Assembly: GCA_951406725.2 (NCBI GenBank)
Contig: OX597825.1
Location: forward strand, 40,176,001 to 40,240,000
Source: Octopus vulgaris
Taxonomy: Eukaryota
Direction of reading: 5' to 3'
Length of the DNA: 64,000 nt
A model generated the notes under the pieces. That model was not told the origin of the DNA. It worked only from the letters and a program-made list of their open reading frames with translations, and ran no database searches. The position numbers and the translations under genes are program-made. Shown piece after piece: positions 53,890 to 64,000 of the stretch (the first letter of the stretch is position 1; every line of letters starts with the position of its first letter).

Positions 53890-54110
53890 ACCGAAAGTGA
53901 TAAAACCCAAACAACCAGTCAACATCATGGTGTTTGGAGGTATCGCTATTGATGGCGGCGTTATGACTCCACTTATCTTTCCAAACGACCTCAGACCCAA
54001 CACGGAGTTCTGCATCAGGTGTCTGGAAGAGGTGGTACTGCCCTGGATTAAGAGGGTGGTTGCTGGAAGACCCTGTGCACCGTGCCGCACAAACAGGTGA
54101 ATCCAGCCAA
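53890..54110 (+). mobile_element. Tc1/mariner-superfamily transposase fragment
   Basis: KQPVNIMVFGGIAIDG..PLIFP..L..N...C..CLEEVVLPW...APCRT, typical of the catalytic region. Confidence 0.7.
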
Positions 54111-54620
54111 TATATTCTTATCGCCATTAAAGATGGCTGTTGTGTACAAATCGACGTTAATACTATTTCTTTATCACAGGCTTAAAATATATATGCTTAT
54201 GTAGGGGGCGTGTATTTGTGTGTGTATATACATATATATTTCTCTCTGTTCATCTATCTATCTATCTATCTACCTATCTTTTTATATAGTAATTCGGACA
54301 GATATTGAACTGCCACGCAAATACTAAATTAAATGTTTGTTGGTGTCTGTAGTACAACTAGTTCGTGACATAAACAGTATCCTGACTTCACCGATAACCA
54401 CTTCGAAAACAGGCGCTCATAAACTACATAAAATCTGTCTATAGCGTCCCAAAAACTTTGAAAAGGAAATATATGTTAAAACTGTTCTAAGTGTGTATAC
54501 ATTTTTCGGACACACTACGCATATCTTTATACACAAACACACATGCATGCACACATACACGCACACACAAACAACCAGACGAACACAGACACAAAAACAC
54601 ACTCATAGATACACACAGAG

Positions 54621-54805
<185 letters not shown>

Positions 54806-54857
54806 CTTATATCTATATCTCTATCCATCTATCTATCTGTCTATCTATCCATCTCTG

Positions 54858-54902
<45 letters not shown>

Positions 54903-55006
54903 ATATATATATGTGTGTGTGTGTACGTATGTATGCATATATGTATATATATATATATCTGTGTATATAAACGTATATCTATACGCCCCCAACACACACG
55001 CACACG

Positions 55007-55057
<51 letters not shown>

Positions 55058-55114
55058 CATTATTGGTGAATTGAAGAAATGGAGCTGAACGCAGATTGAA
55101 CAGAAATCGTTTTA

Positions 55115-55204
55115 TTTCATACTACATGTGTTTCGAAAGGCACAAATTACCAAAATCCGATGGAATAATGGGACCATATTGTGTCTTTCTCTTCAGGAAG
55201 AAAA
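55115..55204 (-). ncRNA. Type I hammerhead ribozyme (inverted pLTR copy)
   Basis: Reverse complement of 58239-58328 with two changes (stem III ACACATGT; stem I 3' strand GTATGAAA). Confidence 0.72.
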
Positions 55205-55420
55205 TAGGAAATCCGTTGGAAAAACAAAAACAGAACAGAGGCGGAGCAAAAACAAATCGAACTATGCTCCTAAGAGCCCATGGCGAAACTGTTTATCAGT
55301 GTATGTTGAGAACCGGTGGCTGAAGAATTCAACGGGTCAGGCATCGGTCAATCAAATGGGTGAGGGTCACATAATACATACCGCTTCGTCAAGAAACTGC
55401 TACTTTAACCGATACCAATA

Positions 55421-55846
55421 ATGGAGTTGTTCGAGATTGATGCGTCCCTTAAGGATATTCCTATGCCACCAAAGGATGCCTTCCTTAAGGAGTTGGTTTG
55501 TAAAACCAACGCATTCATAAACCGGATAAGATGGCTCATTTTCTTCCACGAGAACGAAGATCTAAAATCGAACCGGACAACAGCATCGTCCGAATACGGC
55601 CGGCTTTTTAAAACATTGGATACGCCGCCACCTAACCCAAGACTGAAGAAGTTTGAGGACGACTTGTGGGACATAGTTAGAAAGATTAAGTTCAGGAAGT
55701 CACCCAGGAGAAATGCCCACCTCAGATACCTAGATAAAATTAGCAAGGACATTAATAGAACGGACGGAGTCCTGGTCCAGTCCGACAAGACCAGGAACAC
55801 ATACAAGATGCCCATTAAGCAGTACCTAGATTTACCTAGATTTTAG
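55421..55846 (+). CDS. PLE polyprotein N-terminal part, ending at an internal deletion and frameshift
   Basis: SLKDIPMP, FINRIRW, LKKFEDDL, SDKTRN (DKG/DKT motif). Confidence 0.85.
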   Translation: MELFEIDASLKDIPMPPKDAFLKELVCKTNAFINRIRWLIFFHENEDLKSNRTTASSEYGRLFKTLDTPPPNPRLKKFEDDLWDIVRKIKFRKSPRRNAHLRYLDKISKDINRTDGVLVQSDKTRNTYKMPIKQYLDLPRF

Positions 55847-57651
55847 TTGCCAGGAAATCGTTTATTAAGTTTGATAATAAGTTGTGGATCCGTAAAGATA
55901 CTCCCAATGAATTTGATGTGCCTATGGGTAGTTCGGATAGTGCGCAGATAGCCGATTTGGTCGGAATATATATTCTCTACGAATTGTCCGACCAATTCCC
56001 GGAGATCGCGGGCGGCCTGTATCGTGACGATTGTCTGTTTTACCTGCAAAACACCACGAACAGAATAGTGCAGAAAACTAAGAGCAGGTTAGCTAGGTTT
56101 TTTAATAGAATGGGCATGAGTATAGTTTTTGATAATGAACTCACCAAGGCCAATTTCCTAGACGTTACACTTAACCTTAATAGCGACTCATACTGCCCTT
56201 ACCATAAGCCTTCCACTAATTTGAAGTATGTCAGTGTCTTCTCAAATCATGCCAAAACCGTAACAGACAATTTGGTTAAAAACATCTCTCTAAGATTGTC
56301 TGGCTTGTCCGCCAGTGCCGATATTTTTATGCAGAAAGCGGAATTTTATAACGCCGCACTATCCAAGGCCGGTTATAGGCAGAAGGTAATTTATATTGAT
56401 CCGGCCCTTCCGATGCCATCATTCGGTCATCAGGATAGGGCCGTATATAATAACATTAACATTTTAAGTAAGGACGGGAGCGCGGTGGATGCCGGAGTAG
56501 TTGCTCCCGCATTTAATTTAGCGAAGAAGGATAATTATCGGTCCGGGAGGTCTTACACTAACCCAAGACCCGTTATTCATCCGAGAATCACCCACCCGAA
56601 TGCGAGAGCTGGCGTCCCGATCCATCACACTGATAGGAATAAGCATATATGGTTTGTAATCCCCTTTGGTAAGCAGATTAGAACTAACCTCCCCCTCATG
56701 TTTAGACAAGCCATCGCCAATAACTTCCCCAGAAGTTCCAAATATTACTCCACGGTTAACTCGCATAAAGTTAGGATAGCTTTCTCCAACACTAAAAACC
56801 TCGCCCAGATAATCGCCTCCCATAATAATAGGCTACTTACTAAGACCCTATCACCTTTTTCCGGAGGCACAGCCTCTTCCGCTCCCGGTTTAATGCTCAG
56901 TAGGAATAATTATAGTAGTAAGAATGATATGAGAGCCAGTACAGTGACACATAATCTCAGCTCCAGCCAGGGAGTACCCACTAGGGGTATAGTTATAAAT
57001 AGGGGTGTTGTGGTTGAAGGTAACAATGGGAGTAGGGTAGAGAGCCCCAATAGCATCCCCAGCATCATTTCCCGCTATAGCAGCACCACGGGCAGTAGCA
57101 ATGACAGCACTTTGATAGATAGTGGAGAATCAGGCGTTATTCCTATAGTTAATAGTGACGTAGTGGAAAATAGAGTAGTAAGCGGCTGCAGGTCTCGGAA
57201 CGAATATAGTGACAGGAACGCAGTTCTAATTTCAGAAACTAATCCTAGCAGAATTAGATTCACGTCGGCGAACTCCAAGATCAAAAACGCCGTCTACCAA
57301 TGCAAGGTTTACACGGACTCAGATGTTTTCACTTATGTAGGGGCCTCATCCTCAAGATTGTCTTTGCGTGTCTCCAACCATTACGCAACTTTTCGGGACA
57401 TGAACAAGCGCCAGACCACGGGACTCAGTAAGCTAATATGGCGACTGAAGGATATGAACTTAAGCTACAGGCTGGAATGGTCAATTTTGTCGGTGGCCCT
57501 CCCATTTGATAGGGGCAGAAGCCAGTGCAACCTTTGTGTCTCCGAACTCTTCCATATTTTGTTTGCCAGAGGCCGGATGGTAAACGGGCTTTTACAATCG
57601 GCTTTTCGATGCCCCCATTGGCGGCGTTACACTTATCTGGCTTCTAAATAG
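55843..57651 (+). CDS. PLE RT (motif B to thumb), long linker and GIY-YIG endonuclease, uninterrupted reading frame
   Basis: ARKSF, FDVPMGSSDSAQIADLVG, GLYRDDCL, NFLDVTL, YHKP..YV..SNH, AVYQC..TYVGAS, H..F, LSKLIW, WSIL, CNLC.SE, RCPH. Confidence 0.92.
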   Translation, partial: LVARKSFIKFDNKLWIRKDTPNEFDVPMGSSDSAQIADLVGIYILYELSDQFPEIAGGLYRDDCLFYLQNTTNRIVQKTKSRLARFFNRMGMSIVFDNELTKANFLDVTLNLNSDSYCPYHKPSTNLKYVSVFSNHAKTVTDNLVKNISLRLSGLSASADIFMQKAEFYNAALSKAGYRQKVIYIDPALPMPSFGHQDRAVYNNINILSKDGSAVDAGVVAPAFNLAKKDNYRSGRSYTNPRPVIHPRITHPNARAGVPIHHTDRNKHIWFVIPFGKQIRTNLPLMFRQAIANNFPRSSKYYSTVNSHKVRIAFSNTKNLAQIIASHNNRLLTKTLSPFSGGTASSAPGLMLSRNNYSSKNDMRASTVTHNLSSSQGVPTRGIVINRGVVVEGNNGSRVESPNSIPSIISRYSSTTGSSNDSTLIDSGESGVIPIVNSDVVENRVVSGCRSRNEYSDRNAVLISETNPSRIRFTSANSKIKNAVYQCKVYTDSDVFTYVGASSSRLSLRVSNHYATFRDMNKRQTTGLSKLIWRLKDMNLSYRLEWSILSVALPFDRGRSQCNLCVSELFHILFARGRMVNGLLQSAFRCPHWRRYTYLASK

Positions 57652-58238
57652 CGTTTATAAATAATACCGGCACCCATAGCCCTTGGTAACAAATTCTGAA
57701 ATAGCCTTTAAGATATCTACGATTAACCACTGCAAGGGGAATTACTCCTGTAAGACAAACGGGGCTTGGTTTTTTCACAGCGGGGGGTTTCCTTGACAAG
57801 GCAGGCTTAGATGAACACACACACACATAAAACATGATATATATTTTTTTTTTCTGCCACCCAACGGTTATCACGGCAGTAGCCACTGACAGCCGAACGA
57901 TCAAACGCACACACGTACACAAAAAATGTTTTCTACCCCTACGCCAACACACACATATATAGAACAGTATACACACACACACGTCTCTAAGTAGATTTTT
58001 TCTCGCCCCTTATAAAACATCCAATATTCCTTAAATAGTCAGAACTTTATTCTCGGTCACAAAGAACATCTACGCACCCTCACCCACATGATTGACCGAT
58101 GCCTGACCCGTTGAATTCTTCAGCCACCGGTTCTCAACATACACTGATAAACAGTTTCGCCATGGGCTCTTAGGAGCATAGTTCGATTTGTTTTTGCTCC
58201 GCCTCTGTTCTGTTTTTGTTTTTCCAACGGATTTCCTA

Positions 58239-58328
58239 TTTTCTTCCTGAAGAGAAAGACACAATATGGTCCCATTATTCCATCGGATTTTGGTAATTTG
58301 TGCCTTTCGAAACACGTGTAGAATGAAA
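58239..58328 (+). ncRNA. Type I hammerhead ribozyme in the 3' pLTR, canonical core
   Basis: TTTTCTTC-CTGAAGA(58247)-GAAAGACACAA...TTGTGCCTTTC-GAA-ACACGTGT-A(58320)-GAATGAAA; palindromic stem III. Confidence 0.82.
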
Positions 58329-58664
58329 TAAAACGATTTCTGTTCAATCTGCGTTCAGCTCCATTTCTTCAATTCACCAATAATGTTCTAATTTCAATTA
58401 TCCGCACCAACGCACGGTTGCAACACCATATGGTTGTACCTCCAACCGTGCTGTTTTACTGCTGTGATTTTTGCTACTAAGGTATCGGTTAAACTTTTGA
58501 TTAATCTACTACAAGATTATTCATCTTTCTATTTCACATAATATATATATATATATATATTGAAGAAGAAATAATCTTGTAGAGTGAGTTACTCTGATAT
58601 GAATTCCAAGCTTCTGGTTTCAGGCCTTGCCCATCTAAACTTCTCTTCACTCTTGATATCAAGT

Positions 58665-59075
58665 GTATGTATATGGTAATCGCACACAACGAAAGACTAC
58701 TTGCCCTCAAACACTTTCTAGACCTTCGACATATATCCCTACCTGACTCGTCCACACTTCTTCGACTGGCCGAAATTGTTCTCTTCAACTCCTACTCGTT
58801 CACGGGAGATTTTTACCAGGAGGTCTCACGAGTTTCCATGGGAACCGGAATGGGCCCTCAACTATGTGAACTTATGAACTACGTTGTGAACTACGTATGT
58901 GAACTACGTTGAGGCCAAAATATTTTCAGGATTCATTTGTCCGACCCCCGAACAATACGGTTGTGGTATTGATAACGGTATCGGTGCGACCTCGTTCTCC
59001 TGTGAACAATTAGACTCCTTCCTCTCTTTTGCCCAATCCTTTCATTCTGCCCTCGAATTCTCCTGCACTATCCAG
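58665..59075 (+). mobile_element. Decayed PLE RT fragment
   Basis: LALKHFLD..TLLRLAEIVL..YSFTGDFYQEVSRVSMGTGMGP..YVEAKIF..GIDNGIG..SFHSALEF. Confidence 0.8.
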
Positions 59076-59309
59076 CGACTCCAGTCCGATCCTTGCACCT
59101 AGTACAACTTCCCTAACCTACCCCATTCTCCTTCAAAGGATCCCTTTGCGCTACATGGTCTCAACTCTCCTTCCCTCTTCATTTGACTCACACTCTCCTC
59201 TCTTCATCTAACACCTACTTCTCTTCAATCTTACCGGCTTCCCTATTCCTTGATACCCCATCCATCCACAACCCACTCAACGCATCCCACTCCAACATGC
59301 CCCACGCCT

Positions 59310-61170
59310 ACCCCCACATCCTCACCTCAAGCCTGGGGTCGTATTGGATACAAAACAGACTCCTTGATGACCTCAGATCGCAAAGACTGGATTTAGTAGT
59401 TACTAATGAAACCAGACTGAGTAGATTTTCCACCTCTCCTAAATGGCTACAAGAAATTTATTTTTCAGGCCAAACTGGAGGGTGAGGAGGAGACGCTATT
59501 CTCCTAGGGAGAAATTTGGATTTAGAAGTAAGAATTGTCTGTATAGACACGAAAGGCTTGTTGGTCGAACTTAATGTGACGTACAGCAGCGTTAATCCTT
59601 CAGGTTGGTGGCTGTCTATACTCCTTGTGGACCAGGGCAAAGAGAATTTTCTAAGAACATCGCACATTTTAGTGTTAGTAGGAGACTGTGATACATTCTT
59701 CGATGCACACGAAGGTTGTGTTGGCTCCAATCCGGACAGGAAGGGGAACACTTGCCTCAGCAGTCTGCTAAGTCCTATTCAGCTGGCAGACCGATTCAGA
59801 CTGGATCACCTGGATTTTCCATTGTGGACATGAGCGAATAACGATGGGTCTTCTAGATCGTATCTAGACAAGATTACTGTTATAATTAAAGATAAGATCA
59901 TAGTTAGATGTCCACAACATCGTTTTCTGAATTACAGTGATCGCAAATTTGTGACCTCTACGTTTGACTTAGATAGGATGTGTAGACAGGGACCTGGTTA
60001 CTGAAAGCTAAATAGGTTTCTTTTGGCCTGTGAAGCCTACAGGAACGGGTTAGGGATTTAGTGATAAGGGCATTAAAAATACCATTATTTACAACAAATG
60101 TTGTTACGCCTTTAAAAGAGCCATTACATTTCCGCCCATTAGATTTAGTAAGGAACTAGATATAAACATAATTAGAATAGAAAGGGCTTCAGTTAAGGCT
60201 CTAGAAGAGGCATTGAGGCCCTGCATCCAGAGTTCTAGCAGCGTGGTTGGCGTTCAACCAACATTTCAAAGCTAAAAACGAAGGATGCATTTTCAAGAGA
60301 GGGTGTCAATAGGACATATGGCCGTGTTTTAGAAAGCCAACGTGATAAATAATGCACAAATAAGGTATTTGAAGGACTATCAATATCTAGCGTCAGTCTT
60401 TGCAGCGGCCGGGTTTGGGCCGACCTTCTGTGGGAGGATCACCGCTTGATATAGCAACATCAATTTGATCGTTCAGGTGAACGGTTTTTTTTTTTGGAAA
60501 ACTTCTTCATTGAGCCCTTGGTACAGGAAGGATGTCCTCTCTCCAATTCCGTATGATTTGGTCCTCGAGCCATTGCTGCGAAAATTGAAGGCTATGAGAG
60601 CCACCTCGTGAGATCTGTGGTGTGGTGAATCGGTTTCAACGTATTATGACGACATCACTTTCATCGTATCTCGGATCGAACACCTACAGGGCTCTGGTTT
60701 GGATTAGATCTCCAGATAGAGAAGAACTGGAGCAAGGTGGCGAGCAGGGTGGCTCTTTTAACTGAGCGGAAGCTATCCCTGAAAAGGCGGGTGGAGATTG
60801 TAGGTGTGTTTATCGCATCTGTAATTACCTACCGCCTGACCGTCGTGCCTTCCCCAGATTTGTGGCTGAACAATTTGGAACACATGCTCTTTCACTTTTT
60901 GTGGAGAGGCAAGGGGCCTCTTGTAAGGCGCCCTATTTGCTGTCAACAACCGCTGAAGGTTGGACTAGGTATGTTGTAGCTAAAAATGCGCAGGCATGCG
61001 CTGAGGCTGAGGCATCTCTGGCCCTTCCTGGACAGTGAGCAGGTATGATCTCCGTTCGTCAGAGTGGTCCGCGGTTCACCTCTTTTGGTGAACTGAACCC
61101 ATGGATTACTCGTAGACCGAAGTTAGGCACTTGGCAATCGGAGTGTCGTCAGGCAACGTTTGCAGCAGGG
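59310..61170 (+). mobile_element. L1/Tx1-clade LINE ORF2 remnant (AP endonuclease plus RT), internally deleted
   Basis: DLVVTNETR, VLVGDCD, LADRFR..WT, SRSYLD, SDRK, GPGY*KLN, QEGCPLS, LEPLLRK, YDDI, VGLGM. Confidence 0.85.
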
Positions 61171-61649
61171 GTTACAACACGTCGTTTTATAGAGCGTTTA
61201 GCCACTTGTTCGTTAATTGCACGAGCAAGCCTTTGCTTTGATCGGATGTGTTTGTTAGTGTATGTGTGTTTGGATATGTTAGACTATATGTAATAAAAGT
61301 TCTTATTTGTCCTGAACGCGTTTCTATGCATGATTCAAAACAGCCTTCATCCATAGATCTTGTTTAGAAAACGGAACAATCACCTAGTTTTACTTTGTCT
61401 TTCCTAATTCAGACTTAGACTGTGAAATTCCTTCTAAAGTTTATTATAGACGTTTTTATTTTGTGATTAGCGTTCATCCATTGACATAAATGGCATTTTG
61501 AAAATCTATAATGTATAAGTACTGTAAACGTGTAGGGAAATATATGTACCTTATGTGCAACATATTTGCTGTTGGTTTGTGTTCTTGCTTTATTCATTTT
61601 ACTATTTCAATTCTTTAGTTTAAGCCATTTCTCAAAGATTACATCAAAA

Positions 61650-62890
61650 TCATTTACATTATTTACCTTTTGACAGATATACCCTCCAGCCTCTTGGGGA
61701 AATTACGAACCTGGGCTCTCATTACTAAGGTATTTTTCGATGTTGTTGTTGTTATTATTATTATTATTATGGTTGCGATATTTTGATGACACCTTCATGC
61801 TCTGGCCCACCAGGAATATGTCCAAGTGCTGTTAGATCATGTGAACTTAATAAAGCCATCCATACAGTTCACAATGGGAAAATAAAAAGACAATCGCCAA
61901 GCATTCCTAGACGTATTAATAACATCCACCAAGTATGGATTCAAGACATCCATATACCGCAAGCTGACCTTCACTGAACGATACTTTAACTTCAACTCTC
62001 AACATCCATATAGTGTAGAGAGAAGGATTGTTCAGTATCTAAAACATCGAGCAAAGAATATAAGCAGCGATCGTGATACGCACCACGAAGAAATTATCAA
62101 GCTCAGTAACAATCCATTAAGCAACAACAACCCCAAAAACATACTTTGCACTCCAATTATGAAAAAAAGAAATCATGAAACCAATAAACTGTCCACAGTC
62201 TGTCTACCCTCTCCAAAATGATAGAAAAGATATACAGCGCATATGACATTAGGACAGTATTCAAAATTAATACAACACTTTGCAAATATCTCGTTCGAGT
62301 AAAACCACCAATATTAAAGAATATAAACAATAACTGCGTGTACTCCATCCCATGCAGCTGTGGTAGGCTATACAAAGGCGAAACATGCTGCACCCTCAAA
62401 ATAAGGTTAGAAGAACATCACAAAACTTTGACACGAGGAGATATTGATAAATCAGGTATAGCTGATCATATATGGAAAAATGGAGACCTCTTCCCCCTGT
62501 GAGATGAACTTAAAATAATAGACACAGAACACCACTGGAAAATACGGAAACTAAAAGAAGCAGCACATATGCTAGGACACAACAACCTCCTAAGCAGACC
62601 GAATAAATAGCATATGAGAACCGGTATTAAGGAAGGATAGGAGAATATTAGATTTATAAGCCCAAATATTCACTCCATAATTGTCAACGGGCATGTGGCG
62701 TAGTGGTTAAGAGCGCAGGCTACTAACCCGAATAATAATAACAACAACAGTAACCCAGGCTCGAAATTTTCCCAAACCACCTGCTGAAGGCTGGCGGATA
62801 TATCAGGTATAACAACAAACAAGATGAGGACAAAATCCGTGAAAATGTAAATAATATAAATAATGAACATAATTCCTCGTCGCTTAAATA
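61650..62890 (+). mobile_element. 5'-truncated PLE (Penelope/Poseidon-like) with an inverted pLTR remnant
   Basis: YRK..YFNFNSQHP, CVYSIPCSCGRLYKGET..RLEEH..SGIADH, RKLKEA. 61650-61770 is an inverted copy of ~62730-62870. Broken HHR-like CTGCTGAAGGCTG..CAG at ~62781. Confidence 0.85.
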
Positions 62891-64000
62891 TAGAACTGTA
62901 TAGTACATTAAAATTGTTCCGACATTGTCCATTTCTGTTTGTGCATGGTAACCATTCTACATGTATAATGTATCCTCATCCGAAAGCTTAAAGTGAGATC
63001 TGCAGGAGGCTGGACTGTTATTTCACCTCATCTAACACATTATCTAACACAGACTGTATAGTTTGAAATATTTCACACATATATTTAATGATATTCTCTG
63101 TCTGAAGGAAGATACCTGCCGTTACTGTTCACTGACATTCCCTGCATCCTATGTTTCTACTATCTCTCTTTAATGTAATGTGGCATTTGTGTAGCGACTT
63201 TTCTGCATTAAAGAAACCTAATATTAGATTGTAATAGCATTCGTTGAATAAAACCTTGCTAGAATGTTAGTATTACTATGAATTCGAATTACACTTTTCA
63301 AAAAAGTAAATATGCTCAGTATTCTGATGACTAAGTGTCTCAAAATTATTTCTGCTTAATGTTGTCCACTTTCTGAAATAGGACACGGTCTCTGTACATT
63401 GGAACATATTTATTTTCCATATTTCAAACTATTTTAACTATTGCATAATAAAAGACCGTCAAAAGTTGCATATGGTGTATCCGAAGTTATTTGCAAGTTG
63501 TGACAATTATGAGGATGCTATTAGTTGCAGATATGATATCTAATGTAAACCAGTGAAGGATATTATTTTATGCAACATAAGTTTGGGCTTGTAAGGAAGA
63601 CAGCTTCCGTATTTCGGTGTCTTCAAACATTAAGCTACCGTTCAAAAAGCACGAATTCAGTGTTGTGTCACACCGACACATTACGGAAAATGCAATGATG
63701 CATTTTTATATCTTGAATAATTATATATTTATGAATCTCTCTCTCTTTAAACAGAAACTGTATGAAGGCAACTGTATCAAAAGTAGGAGAAAGAGAACAA
63801 ATGCAAAAGAAAAGTAGCATTTTCGACGAAGCGACCACCGCGAATATTATCGCAGGTAGTAGAGAACACTAAAGAAAAATCTCTGTTCAGAAATGATCTT
63901 TTCCGTTAAGGAGGACTAATTTAACTGCTGAGAATATTCAAAAAGTTATGGTATGTTTCTTACTTTACAAACACGTTTATTAAAGGAAGGGGCTTTTAAA

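Larger units (their letters stand above)
55056..58540 (+). mobile_element. Young PLE (probably Hydra clade) with 312-bp inverted pseudo-LTRs, inserted in (TA)n
   Basis: 55056-55367 is the reverse complement of 58076-58387 (about 4 mismatches seen). RT and GIY-YIG ORFs lie between them. (TA)n at 55031-55055 and 58541-58560. Confidence 0.95.

Noticed and set aside
55096-55421. 75-97-aa ORFs mirrored at 58070-58347
   Set aside because: Frames in the antisense of the T-rich pLTR with non-ATG starts; no domain signal.

Overview
AT-rich, microsatellite-dense animal genomic DNA. The SINE and microsatellite make-up suggests an octopus or other cephalopod (inference). I cannot support any intact host gene; most short ORFs in the track are microsatellite or antisense artefacts. 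The window is a mosaic of mobile elements: about 11 Penelope-like element (PLE) copies or fragments from apparently three clades (Neptune-, Hydra- and Penelope/Poseidon-like), tRNA-derived SINEs, RTE, L1/Tx1 and R4/Dong LINE remnants, Tc1/mariner remnants and Helitron pieces. The main signal is non-coding: many type I hammerhead ribozyme (HHR) motifs, read by eye. They include (i) ORF-less tandem units with one HHR per unit, predicted to release 353-nt, ~480-nt and ~465-nt monomers (retrozyme/circRNA-like; the 353-nt unit folds into a closed, viroid-like branched structure and sits at the inversion junction of a decayed PLE), and (ii) HHR cores in which the C3-G8 pair is replaced by U3-A8 (two unrelated families) or G3-C8. 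None of these was folded computationally or tested; element boundaries are approximate unless stated.
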